DNA of 60,355 nt, filler included, from Sphacelaria rigidula (Eukaryota), in NCBI GenBank assembly GCA_964200075.2. It is 10 parts of 10 records of this genome, joined end to end, with 100 filler letters (N's around TTAATTAATTAA, not from the genome) between each part and the next. Parts side by side here need not be neighbours in the genome. Positions count along the whole stretch, not along the records: positions 1 to 5,947 come from CAXNAA020023298.1; positions 6,048 to 11,993 come from CAXNAA020023299.1; 8 more parts are not named here. One strand, written 5' to 3'. Both the position numbers and the translations under genes were made by a program. Positions 1 to 11,783 of the stretch are shown here, piece by piece; the first letter of the stretch is position 1; each line of letters opens with the position of its first letter. Under the pieces are notes generated by a model. It did no database searches and was not told the DNA's origin. It worked only from the letters and a program-made list of their open reading frames with translations.

Positions 1-114
1 GGAGGGACTCTGATTGGTTGAATTTCACATTTCACTACAAAAGTTTATCCCCATGTATGGGCGTTGTGCCGGATTCTGAGGGTCCAGATTCAGAATGATG
101 AACAAACAGCTCAC

Positions 115-196
115 CTTCATGATTTTCTTCACCCCCTTCATCTTCGGGCCCACTTGGTTCAGCGTCTCACCCATTTGTTGGCAGGGTCCGCACCAC
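115..196 (-). CDS. Thioredoxin (y-type, probably plastid) internal exon with WCGPC active site
   Basis: ctcAG acceptor at 198-197; exon reads (T)WCGPCQQMGETLNQVGPKMKGVKKIMK; GTGAG donor at 114. Phase matches the upstream exon (AC+G = Thr). Confidence 0.9.
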
Positions 197-911
197 CTGA
201 GCAGTTTCATAATTTTCAGTCGTGGTCACTGGACGCTTAGACACCAGTCCGAGAGTGTCAATTGTCTGGAGCTGTATTAGCCGTGTCCAGCCACAGTGTG
301 CATGAGACACCAAAAGGCAGCAAAAGCGGCTCTATGCGCATTCGGAGAGCGGAACGCTAGCGGCGAAGAGCCGATTCTGCTGTACTTTTTCATCTCCCGA
401 GTGCGTCTCAAAAGGTGTGACACAAAATTTCGTATTTGTCGCATTCGTTGGCTACAACATGTGCGCGGCGAAAAGGCACGAGGAATAGCTGCAGAGTTTG
501 CTGTTTCAGTCGTCGAGTGGAACTGCGGTACGTGACGCTTGTTACTTCCAGGTTCTGTTCAAAATTCAGCTCGACCCTCGGGGAAAGTAGACCACTTCAA
601 GTATACTTGCTGGGTTCGCGGTCGTCATCACATATGCTGCCATTTCGGCCTATGAGACTGCCGCGTTTGACGCAGTCTTTACTGGTACCGGAACTGTGTA
701 CGAAACTGTCTCAAAAGTGTTCAAAAACATACCTGGGCGCCATCATTCACCTCAAGTAGCCACAAGTTGATTTCTCTTTTTTCCTGGTACATACGATCAC
801 AACTTGATTACCCATACATCACGCATCTCTGTCGGAAACTCGAAACCCACCAAACCCCCCGCACCTTCCCCCATCCCATCAAACCCTGCAAAGGAATGCT
901 GAGTTTCTCAC

Positions 912-1100
912 GTGGCGAAGAAATCAACCAGCAGCGGTCCAGGCTCCTTTTCAAGCATATCTTCGAAGCTGGAGTAAGTCGCCCTGGCGAACAAGGCGCT
1001 CTTGGACGCACCACCACCAAAGGGAAAAACTGTACCGCTAGTTGGAAGAGGCTGAAACGGTTGCGTCGCCGGTGCTGTTGATGTTGGTTTCGCGGTGCTC
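912..1100 (-). CDS. Thioredoxin (y-type) upstream exon: transit-peptide-like segment plus start of the Trx fold
   Basis: Reads ...SALFARATYSSFEDMLEKEPGPLLVDFFAT then GTGAG donor at 911. Splicing gives LLVDFFATWCGPCQQM, resembling plant Trx y (SFEDLL...PVLVDYYATWCGPCQFM). The 5' boundary (tacAG at 1102-1101) is less certain. Confidence 0.8.
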
Positions 1101-2059
1101 CTGTACATATTCGGGCAAACAAGAAGGCCGCGGTGCATTTTCATATGTCATCCTCCACGGGGGAAAACATTCACGCTGAGTAAAAAAATATGCCGCATTG
1201 GACTGCCGGGAAGCCGTATCGAGTCCATGTTCGTTATTGCGTATCTTCTTCGGGTGGTGTCAATCTACGAATACCTACGCAAAAAAATCCCAAAACCTTC
1301 GCAGACAAAGTTTAGACCCTGAACGGCCTGGGACTCTCATGGCATGTCAACATAGTCTCGGCTATTCAGTTATACTTCTCGACTGCTGCTAACCCGATGG
1401 CATCAGCAGAGGGGAAGAGATCAACCGGTCAGCGACCGAAACCTAGCAGCTTTTGATCGTCATGTTTCCTTCGAAGACGTACCCAGTGACTGATGCCGAC
1501 GCGCACACTGTCGACATGGCTTCAAGAGAAGATTAGGTCTTCCGCATCAAGAGCAGCTCAGGCTTTTCGCGGTAAACACCGCGGCGTTTAGTTTGACACC
1601 TACGTGCAATTGTTTCGGTCGTAGATTCTCGCTCGTAGCAAATGACCAAGGTAAGGTAGCTTGGCCGGGTGGGCGTGACAGCTTACGGGCCGTTTCAGGG
1701 ACGTCCTATGATTTGGCGGATTTTATCAGGAAGGTTCGCCGTAGCCGAGAGGTTCTAAAATAGTTCCGAGGACCGAGGGTCTTGCCGGTCCCCAGATGTC
1801 TTCTGATGGGACGAGAGGCCTTGGTGGGTAAAGAATGCATCAAGCCACCGCTACAGATGCGGGCAGGGGGGTGTCCTGAGCAATACGGAGCAATGCCGTT
1901 AAGGGTTTTTCTTTGTGGGTTGCAGTGCTGCCTGCCCACCTCCCCCCCGTCTTCAGCTGTCCACTGGACTCCAACTTGTGGGTTTGGATAAGCAGGGAAA
2001 ATGGTGTGTATAGCAGATCATCAGTAATGAACTATCAGAATATTTGGGCACGCGCTGAA

Positions 2060-3170
2060 ATATTGGCCTCGAGGAAAGTGTCGACGAATCTGCCACGTAT
2101 GATAGCTTTGACGAAACGATGGGATATCTTGGACGTCTTCGCAGCGTGATTTTACCCAATCTATCGGCGGCATCCGCACACACGATTCTCACACTCCTAC
2201 CAGGCCTATTCTACTGTCGGTACCACACGTAGCAACACCTCGGCCGCCGGACCTCGTTTCGAAACAATACTATTGCGGGACCTTCCTGGCGCCGGTGACC
2301 CGTGTGCAACATACTGACTTGAGTTGCGAACAGCAGGAGACATACGGCAACGTTTATATCTGCAATTAAACCCACGTGAATATGTTTCGCGGGGATTACC
2401 GGCCTCAGAAAGGTCATGCAATAATGTTGTTCTGAAAATATGTCTAGCCCCAAGGGGCTGGTCTAGCGGCCAAGGGGCTGCTACTTGGAGTACACACCGT
2501 ACGACGTATATGGTGGGAGTGTGGAGCTCGTTATTGCGGATATCGCCGACCCAGGCCCCGCTGCTTGCTGTGGAGCTCGAAGTATCATCGGCTCCATCGG
2601 CTCCCCGTGATGCCCTAGTTTCCAAATCTGCCGCCACGAGTCCGAGCCCGCTTCAGCCTCCGCGCAAGAGGTGGATGGTTGTGAGGTGCACGTAAAAGGA
2701 CGCGTCTTTCGACTCGTGTACTGACGCCTCAACAGCCAATTGTCCCACTTCTTACTGCAATAACAAGAAGGGATAGAGGTCCTCTCCCGGCGCTGATCTC
2801 CTGGCGAGGACGCCCACCGCGCAAGGGTGGTGCAGCGGTGTAACCAGAGGATGTGGTCGCATTTGCGGCGGATGTTGGCGGATGACGTTGTCCCGTCATA
2901 CCGGTGGAGTGAGTTCGGCCTCTCCGCTGGTGGCAAAAGAGAAACGTGAAGCAAGAGGACTGGGTTGCTGCCAGGCAGCCGCTGCGGGTTGTACGGGCGC
3001 AGATGTATGCCGTTGCGACTGGGATTTGTCAATCTTCAACTCCGCCAGCTGCTCGAGAGTCTTCGCAAGTCGTTGCCCATTTTCTTCCCGCATGTTGATC
3101 ATATCGCGGCGAAGCCCCCCGACGTCACGGCGAGCAATCACGTCGACAGGCGATTCGTCCTCAGGTAATT
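2060..3170 (-). mobile_element. Possible highly degenerate LTR-retrotransposon gag/protease remnant
   Basis: Coiled-coil-like ORF 2896-3141, a decayed knuckle-like segment (MLHTGHRRQEGP) and VADSST resembling a protease DSG motif, in gag-pro order; many stops and frameshifts. Confidence 0.25.
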
Positions 3171-3317
3171 AATTCGTGTTCGTACTACTGTTAGTCTGCT
3201 ATCTCCATGTCGACACCGCCGCCGGCAGCCGAGGCGACAGAAGGTTCAATACCGTGATTCATGCGAATCCTCTCCTCCCAGTGTTGCCATACAGTACACC
3301 GGTTGTTCGAAACGATC

Positions 3318-3487
3318 CACACCTTGGACAGTATATTGTCAATAGTTGCAATAGACGAGAAACGTACTGCATAGAGTACAGGGCTATTGCGACTATTGCC
3401 GGCCAGGAATAGTTGCAATAGGCCTGTACTTTATGCAGTACACTTCTCGTCTATTGAATATATTGACCACATATTGTCCAGGGTGTG
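3318..3487. mobile_element. Foldback MITE (~170-bp near-palindrome) with target-site duplication
   Basis: Two ~80-bp inverted arms (CACACCTTGGACA.../...TGTCCAGGGTGTG) around a 10-nt loop. Flanked by direct repeat AAACGATC (3310-3317, 3488-3495), or 10 bp GAAACGATCC if each end is trimmed by one base. Confidence 0.85.
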
Positions 3488-3960
3488 AAACGATCCGAAT
3501 CCTCACAGAATCCTCAGTTCTCCAGTACAGTACTTCGGGTGTGTAACTTTGCGCAATCGTACTGCCTGCACTCAAAACAGTGAACTAAACTGGCTGGCTG
3601 TTCAAGCCGCTGCTCTCATGTCTGCTACTGCGTCCACCTACCACTCTCTCAGCGTGTTAATTGATAATCGCTTCCATGTTCTGCATCACCGGCGAAGACT
3701 TTCCAAGCCCCGAGGCTTTCAGATTATGTTCGGCGTTCGTCACCTCAAATATATTTTGAGGTAAATGTGAATTCAATTTAAATTCAATTGGGTAATCATA
3801 AATTCTCCCGCTTCTGCAAAACTCATATTGTCTTTCCCTTGCTCAAAAAAAGAAATCAACCATCCAACCATCCATCCTCAAACAATCTTTAACTTAATTA
3901 ATTAATTAATATAATTATATACTCATCGTATTCCCTTCGATTTCAAACGAAGAAGAAAAA

Positions 3961-4034
3961 CGCATTTGGCGGGGACTGAACCCACTCTCTGCACCCTGAT
4001 GGTGACAGTCTGACCATTAGACTGCGGTTTCGCC
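3961..4034 (-). mobile_element. Degenerate tRNA-derived SINE head
   Basis: Minus strand has A-box-like CAGTCTAATGGT and B-box-like GGTTCAGTCC. Shares GACTGTCACCAT and GTGGGTTC with the copy at 38074-38150. Confidence 0.5.
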
Positions 4035-5404
4035 TTGTACTCAACCCAGTATATCTTCGGCAGACGACCTTTTCCATTGTGGGAACACCATCAAGTGTAT
4101 TGAGAGCTATCAGAGCACACGCACGGCGATCTCCCGATTATAGGAATACGTTTATCTCGCGATATGTCACTGCGGTTCTTCAGATTCTTTCGGTGGAAGT
4201 TTTTTCAGCTTTTAAGCCGGCCCTACTCGTAGCCAACATTACTGCTGCGATAAAGCACTGTAACCCCCTCCTTACTTGACCCTTTGGGGACCGGGCCTCC
4301 AGAACGACCGACGAGGCTGGTCAGAAATGGCGTGTCTGGCGCCTCCACGAAATAGCGGCTTCATGTTGCTGAAAATCCACATATTTAACCGCAGGGTTAC
4401 GAGGAAGACCGAAAGTTCCATCCAATCTATTTGCACGTGTAGGTACGGACTGTCGTTCGGGTAGGGGGCGCATTAGGTGATGTACAGATGTAATAAGCAG
4501 TATGGGTCGCCGTTGAGAGCTTTCAACAAGATGTGGCGACCGGTGGGCCGCCCGCCACGTATGGTTTTGGATGATATTTTTGTCCCCGTCATCTTGCCAC
4601 ACAGCCCTTTGTGGTCGGGGGAGGTCGCGATTTCTCTTTGTGTATGCGGCAAATTCTCTTCGAAGGGCATGGGCGTTGCGGCGCACTACAGTGCAGTACG
4701 CCTCTCCGACTGCAGCAGTAGCTGCCGCTGCATACTCCCCTAAACATTCTGGGCAGTTCTCAGCTACGGAGACAGCTGTCCATACACAGCTCGTTCGTCC
4801 CCGCCCACTCAACGCATGTTTACTTGCACACTGCAAGGCATCGGCAGAAGGATAGGCGACTATACCTCCTTCTCTCGTTCCACGGTTCACCTCGGCTGAG
4901 TTCCCTCGTGAAAATGACCACAATGTGGCATGTACGCTTTTCCCTGACTTTTCCCCCTCAATCACGTGTTTGTGTAATTACTACGTTTTAGTAAAGGATG
5001 GCGACCCAAAAAACATACGGGAAATCTTGGGAGCGCTATACTGAATGTAAGTAAGACGATGTATCGTTTCGCAACCATCCGGGCTTTGGATACCTGGGAA
5101 GGCGTTTATACCTGGGAAGGCGTTTATCTGGGCCAGGGACAGGGCACCCACAAGATCTTGGCAGTGACATCAAATTCGGCAACAGTCCCCGCGGTGGTCA
5201 TTCGGGTCTGGTCGATAGATTTCGCCTCGCCGTGATTTGGGGGGGTCGCTCCCTGACTTTTCTATCTTTATTTCAAGGCAGGTCCAGTAGAGTATATCCA
5301 CTTGCGGGGTATTTTGAAAGTCGTACTTAAAGTACACAACTTGAGGGTAGGGTATTAGGGGGTCGCTTTCTAGTTACTCTTTGGGTATGACTCTCAACAC
5401 TCTG

Positions 5405-5480
5405 CGAGCTGGGCCAGCCAAGAAGAGACGTGAATCTCGCTCAGGCGACGCACGGCGTGATTTTAGGAATTGGACGCTGA
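5405..5480 (+). repeat. Dispersed repeat, probably a DNA-transposon end; second copy at 24014-24085
   Basis: CGAGCTGGGCCAGCCAAGA...CTCGCT(C/G)AGGCGACGCACGGCG...TTAGGA(A/G)TTGGACG occurs in two different contigs. Confidence 0.7.
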
Positions 5481-5947
5481 AATTTGACAGCAGCTTTTCA
5501 TGGTCAAAATGCAGAAGAGAACGTGAGCAAGGAAGAAAAAAATGAAAATAAGGAAGCCATGGGGATTCGAAATTTGATCAAAAACACGATGATGTCATGA
5601 GTCCAGGGGGAAAATGAGAATCTGCAGCTGCTCACGTGATGTATCATTTCCTTGGGTGCAGAAGGTCTTCCTAAAATTTCAGCTCAAGAGCCGTCGAATT
5701 GGGCCGTGTGAAACATTTTGCGTGACGCTGCTGCACCCCTATAATTCACGTGATGGAAGACTCCAATTATAGAGGTCATGAATTCGAATCTCGACAGTTT
5801 TTTTTTCGTTTTTCGTTCGTGGTTGAGGTCATGTATTATGCAGCACATTTTTTTTTCATTCAGCCATGGTGCCGTGTGTTACCAGGTTAGTCTACACTTC
5901 ACAGTGATATGCTTACATCGGGTTCATTCGGCAAACTGGGGAAGCTG

Positions 5948-6047
5948 NNNNNNNNNNNNNNNNNNNNNNNNNNNNNNNNNNNNNNNNNNNNTTAATTAAT
6001 TAANNNNNNNNNNNNNNNNNNNNNNNNNNNNNNNNNNNNNNNNNNNN
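5948..6047. other. Artificial contig-joining spacer (also 11994-12093, 18040-18139, 24086-24185, 30132-30231, 36177-36276, 42222-42321, 48267-48366, 54312-54411)
   Basis: Each is exactly 100 bp of N with a central TTAATTAATTAA (stops in all six frames). Intervening contigs are 5947, 5946 x4, 5945 x4 and 5944 bp. Confidence 0.98.
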
Positions 6048-6227
6048 ATGACTCGAGTGCTTGCCCTATTCGTTTTTTCTACAACGAGCAATGACTCGAG
6101 TGCTCGCCCTATTCATTTTTTGCACAACGAGCAATGACTCGAGTGCTCGCCCTATTAAGTTTTCGGCCAACGAGCAGCCCAACGAGTGCGAGTGCCACGA
6201 GTGACACTTGTGCTCGTCCGACGTATG
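6048..6227. repeat. Three 43-bp tandem units, probably subterminal repeats of a non-autonomous DNA transposon ending at 6227
   Basis: ATGACTCGAGTGCT(T/C)GCCCTATT...CAACGAGCA starts at 6048, 6091 and 6134. Ends in GTCCGACGTATG; truncated by the contig start. Confidence 0.75.
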
Positions 6228-8660
6228 GAAAAATCACGGATTGTCACGGAGCCGATATCCGCCGGCTACAAAAGCACGGATTATTGCGGAGCTGATGTCC
6301 GTCGCACGGGTTTTTCACGGAGCGGAGCACAAAGCGCGGCATCTCCCCACGGTGCACCGTGGCAATAGTGGCAATACTCCGTTAAAATTACACGGTTATT
6401 AGCGACATTTGCATGGATATCCGCGGATAAATACCAAGAAGTACAAAAGGAGTCGTTTTGCGGGGACTTCCAGATTCTGAACAGGGGGGGGCGGCGGATG
6501 AAATGCTCCACATACAACGTCGCGTCCCTTGTCGGAAATATGGGAGTATAGCCACACGCCTGAGACTACCCTAGCACCGGCGTCCACCGCCACATTGACC
6601 ACCGTGCGTCGAACGCTTTCTACGGTCTTGGCGGAAGGTGTGGGGATGGGCACAGTAGAATCGGAGAAGTTCTCACGTGGAGGAGAAGGAGGAGGAGAAT
6701 CGGAACCGGGTGTGGGGATGGATTTGCACCTCCACCTCAGCCTCTGAAGTAGGAGATTGCTCGGCACTGTGTTCGGTATTGGAATCAATGGAATCAAACA
6801 TCCGAGGTCCGCGCACCGCCGCCGTGTTTGGATTTCGCTTCCCAGTTTGAGGCGCACGCACGTGTGTGTGTGTGTCGTGCAAACCGCGGTTGTCATGATT
6901 GCAGCAGAATTTCAGAACCGCATCGGTGAGTTGCTCATCAAAACGATGTTTTTTATACTTCGAATTCCAAGTTATCCGACATTTGGAATATTTTCGTCCG
7001 TGGAAATCCGTGGCTTTTCAGCGGTTCGATCCGCAAGTTATGCTACGGAGAACGCACGGATGAACTAAAGAGTGGATAGAATCGCTCCGTAGAAAACCCG
7101 CATTTCACGGTTCCAAACGCGCAGCTGTAACTCACACGGAGCGGAGCGTTTTTGTTTAAAATGCCACGGAGCGGAGCGGATATCCATACATGGGAAAACC
7201 CACGGATTATTTCGGAGCGGATATCCGGCCTTGATTATGTCACGGGGCGGAGCGGATATTGCGATGAAGCTCAGTGGCGTTGCAAAATATCACAATGTGC
7301 AGGTCTGCTCGTAGACTCTGGGTTCCGTGACGCGTTGTTTCGCGTCTGTTATTGTCATTATTGTGGCAAGATATTGGGCCTGACTGGAAGCCACCGCCAC
7401 CTCTTGTCACTTGCTGGCTTTGCCTTGGCCGCTGGCCTAATTACTGCTGCTACCCTGGCTCCATCACTACGCGCTGCTCCTGTGGCTGCACCCCGGCTGT
7501 ACCGAGTTAGAGAGCTGCTTACAGGTATAATATGATGCGATCAACATGTTTCTCCAACCAGCAGTAAACATAAAAGAACCTACTGTATTTTGTGCAATGA
7601 TGGATAGCTAAGGTCTGCATGACTGTGTCCACGTTGGGAGCTTGGTGATCTGGAACCATGGTATCCTCTGGCACTCATACTGAGAGATCCCAGCCAATGC
7701 ATTAGCTTACCCTATCATCATGACAATTGGCGTCGACGCCACGTGATAGGCATGACAACGACAGGCTCATATGGACCGCCGATTTTTCAGATTTTGTTTT
7801 CTTTGCTTCCGACCAACATGCGTTGGTCGCATACCGATTTTGCCCTTTTGCCGTTTGGAACCCCCCAGGTTGAAGCTCTGCTCCCTCTTGTATCTTCCTG
7901 GTTTTCCCCTTCGTTTTGCTATAATAGGACGCCGAAGCAATTTGTGCTTCTTCTTTGGTCTGACCGTGTGTAACTGATTCAAGAAAGCAGAGAGACAACC
8001 TGTCCTACGAGGGGAAACACAGTCTCAGAATAATGGACTCCTTAGTTGAATGCCAATGTAATGGGGTCGTGCCGGATGTATGACAAGCACAAGCTCACTG
8101 GGCAAGGCAAAGGGGTCAGACGATAGATTGACAGTCTAACCGTATGCAAAAGCACCTTGCGGCTATATCACAACGCTTGGGCACCACCCTCGTGTCTTAC
8201 GTGTTCAAAGGTATCAGAATGTTCACGCGTAGGTACGATAATACCTCTTCTTGATTACTTAATCTTAGATCGTATCCAATCCCTCACGCGCGATCACTCA
8301 GTATCACCGTGATAGTAGACTTCGCTCGGGGATGTGGAGTAGTGACCCGCCTAGGGCGGTCTTACCGATTATCATCCCCCACTATGTACGAGTTCATACT
8401 CATATCTGACCAACTCTGAACAGACGTGCAGTCTTAAAATAACCTGAAATGCAATACCTAGTAGAACCCATCAACGTTTCAGAGGCGGCATGACAACAGA
8501 CTAATATGCTCCTCATGACAATATCCGCTTGTGAGAAAAGTCACGGATTGTCACGCAGTGGATATCCTTCCCCTACAAATGCCACGGAGCGGTGCGGTTT
8601 GACAAACCGCACCGTAATAACTCGCTCCGCGGATTTATTCTGAATCCGTACACAACCCTG
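6228..8660 (-). mobile_element. Internally deleted hAT-like DNA transposon interrupted by a solo LTR
   Basis: Terminus CACAACCCTG (= CAGGGTTGTG) at 8660. Dense CACGGA/CGGAGC motifs at 6230-6430, 7000-7260 and 8520-8650. Minus-strand remnant SGVWLYSHISDKGRDVVC resembles the start of a BED zinc finger. Confidence 0.6.
7260..8520. mobile_element. Probable solo LTR (1261 bp)
   Basis: Starts TGCGATGAAG and ends CCTCATGACA (TG...CA, imperfect short inverted repeat). Flanked by ATAT direct repeats; removing it restores the host motif GCGGATATCCGC. Confidence 0.7.
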
Positions 8661-10036
8661 CAAATAACGACCTCGCTCATGTGAAATATACTATTATTAT
8701 AGTATATTCTACAACAAACCTGTGACTGACGTTGTGTACACCTGTACACAGGGTCAAAACAACAGGAGGATAGAAGCAGCTGCTCGTGTTGTTGTTGTGC
8801 CCCTCTTGTTGCAGTATGTTGTCATGCCGATCTTTCAACGCAGTTTTCTCGGCATCGAAGTAGAGGATTGGACTGCGGTTTGATGCGTGCGCTTCCCACA
8901 CACCAGGCCTGGTCACTCGCGGGGCAGCTTTCCGTAACACGTGCCGCAGAGGGGGCAGCACTGAGCAAACCGCTGCACCAAACACGAAACGTACTGCGAA
9001 ACGCGTATCCTTCAACGCTTTGGAGCTTTTCGGCTCCGCTGTGGTGAATTGAGCAAATCCGTCGCGCGAGTGGCTGGATCTAGTGTGGGGGGGGGGGGGG
9101 GCTGTGAAGTGCCACAGGCCGGTTTGCTTCCTGTCTCGAGAACGACGCGATGAATAATATTATCGCTGTCGCATACTACACCTGGGTAACTTGGGATGGA
9201 GCGTGTGTTCTGTTCGGCACAGATTCGGCACAGGTTCGGCACAGGTCCGGCCAGTCGATGACGTCTTTATTATTTCTCATTCTTCCTCATTATCCCTCCG
9301 CCTTTTTTTTTTCCCACGGTTCTTTTGTCGTTATGGCCCCTCATAACTGTGTCTTAGACCTTTTGTACATCTAGAGAGGAACAATACGTTGCTAGCCCAA
9401 CATCTGTCCTACCTTGAACACTCCTACCGAATGTTTACATATGCTCTACGCAGCTACGATTTGGTCTAAACCCCGCCTGCCGCTCGCTGAGTTTTCTTCC
9501 TTTTCTGGCATCGCTCCCACTTTATCGTCCAAAATGGGGAAGGGGACGGGGGAGGGAGGGGGGTGCACTCATGATCTTGCGATGTCGTAGTCATAAGACC
9601 ATCGACATCGCATCCCCACAAAGTCGGGACGGAACAAGCTGGGTTCCGTCGGACCAGGCCGGCACTCAATCACCAAGCGCGAAGCGCCGTCGTGTGTTCG
9701 GCGAGTCGCACGAAGGGTAAGCTGCATCCTGCTCAGATTGTTCGACCCGAAGCCTACTGATGATCCTGCATATTGATGACAGCCTACATTGAGTTACTTT
9801 ATTTTCTGTTATCGCCACTTCCAGACAAAGTCACGGCTTACACTGCCTCATGGGTGTCTCACCAATTAAACACTATATAGTACGTTAATCCCCTTCGTGC
9901 GGAGTTGAATTTCCCCACCCCGCACAAAATGACGCAACTCGACTACCATCATGGCTACCACAAAAAAAAAACGGTAACCTGGCTGCCTAGCTTACGCAGT
10001 GAGTGGGGGGGATGGGGCGGTTGCACGGTGTCTGAC

Positions 10037-10136
10037 CTTGCGTGAGTCGGCCCCGAACAGCTCCTTCAATGTTCCGTTGACGCCGAACATAACCGATGCT
10101 GCTATCATGCTTGCAAGGAGACGAGAGGACATGCCC
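10037..10136 (-). CDS. Mitochondrial carrier (SLC25) family protein, exon 3
   Basis: tgcAG acceptor; (R)GMSSRLLASMIAASVMFGVNGTLKELFGADSRK; GTCAGA donor. Completes the carrier ...ALYRGM... motif in phase with the previous exon. Confidence 0.85.
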
Positions 10137-10999
10137 CTGCACATATGCCGCGACGAAAACAACGAGCCGGCAGAGCCACAGCAGAAGTAGGACAAAAATG
10201 CGCGCAGTGTTTACGCATGTTTTCCTTACACAAGTTCCCCCTACCGGCCGTTACTCCACTCCATTACTCCACCACTCCATGCATAGAGGATACAAGACAT
10301 TTGGACATTTACTCATCAACTATTAGTAGTCAAGCACGATGATTTTCACTTTTTTTCAGCAGACGTAAGCTGACTGAATGAACGTCTACATACATGTATG
10401 TATATATATATATATATACGAGTCGTACGCCGATAGATTTTGATGTTGTGCAAAAATGTTATGTTGCGTTTCGAACACCAAACACGCAGCGGCGTGCAGA
10501 GAGCTCTCCGCAAAAGATGACGATACAACGCGAAAAAATGTTAGGCACCTGTGCAGTGAGACAGACGTACGTGTGTATCACGGATATAGCGCATACGGAC
10601 GCGGCGCGTGTCGAGACCACCACAATAAGAAAAGAACAAAAAACTGAACTGAGCAGAACATAACAGAACCACTTGATCTTTGCCTTGCAATATGCATCAA
10701 AACCGTTACATGATACCCGACGAAGCCGCTCAATAAGCGCTTCTGTCTCGTGTAAGGAATAGTGACGGTACTGGAAAGGCAAGCCCGATAATAGTAACTT
10801 GATTAGGATGAGAATGATGATGATAACAATAGTAACAACAATGATAATGGTGATGATGATAACAATCATTATAATAAATACGATAAACCGGCCACGTGAA
10901 CCGCCCACTGGTGCGTGCAGGGTCAATCCGGTACAGCGGAGATAAACTGGCGGTTCCTGTGGTGATACACTAGCGACAAAAGAGGGAATGGACGCTCAC

Positions 11000-11144
11000 C
11001 TGTAGAGAGCCCGCGCTCCATCTTCACGGACCGTGATGGCAAAGCAGTGCAGGGGCCCCGTATACCGCGCCTTTGTTTGCATCCTGGTTTTCACGGTGTC
11101 AAGCGGGTACGCCGCTATGCACTCCATGAGGCCACCCGCTGTGC
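11000..11144 (-). CDS. Mitochondrial carrier (SLC25) family protein, exon 2
   Basis: cacAG acceptor; (G)TAGGLMECIAAYPLDTVKTRMQTKARYTGPLHCFAITVREDGARALY(R) contains the Px[DE]xx[KR]x[KR] signature; GTGAG donor. Not in the supplied ORF track. Confidence 0.92.
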
Positions 11145-11716
11145 CTGTGTACGTACAGGGTGGTATATTGCAGGGTGTATGTACGGGTCGGGAAGGTGAC
11201 GGTGCACTATACGATGCGTGTCCGGCTCACCTTACCGTACTTGTTCAGTTTTAGTTTCATTATTTCCAGATAATGCGCTTGTGTGTTTTCTGCTGACGAA
11301 CAGATTGATTGTGCTTCAGTAACGGGTCGCCATGTGTGATGCATTACTGTACTGTACATCGTCCCGCGCCTTCGTAGCGTAGATATGATACAAAATGTGC
11401 CCACAATGAGACGTCATCTTCTGAGGTTTCATGGTCCGCGGTCGAGGCATATATGGAGGTGGATCCGAGAAGGAATTATCAAAGCGCACACGCCTCGGCC
11501 TCTTTCTCAACAAACACAAGGCGATCCGATCTTTTGGGATAAAAACACCAACAAGCGAGAAATCTTTCCGTCGCTCATATAAAGTATAATCCTTGGCATC
11601 ATGTTTCATGACGAGGTACACCCACCAACCTACCCCACAGCATGGGACAACATATCTCCCACGACACAGCATGTACCCCTAAGGATAATAAGACGAAGCA
11701 CTAACATGGTTCACAC

Positions 11717-11783
11717 CCGCCATCGATGATACCGCTGTTGTTGGTACCGTACTGGCTTGGGTGTCAGCACGCGCCGTGCGCAT
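11717..11783 (-). CDS. Mitochondrial carrier, probable exon 1
   Basis: ATG at 11783, MRTARADTQASTVPTTAVSSMA(G), phase-1 GTGTGA donor compatible with exon 2, giving the typical AGxxGG helix-1 pattern. Confidence 0.55.

Noticed and set aside
4276..4965. 214-aa ORF beside a piggyBac-like end (CCCTTTGGGGACC)
   Set aside because: No recognisable catalytic motif; possibly a decayed transposase but not supportable by eye.
5992..6003. Recurrent TTAATTAATTAA motif every ~6 kb
   Set aside because: Assembly linker embedded in N runs.
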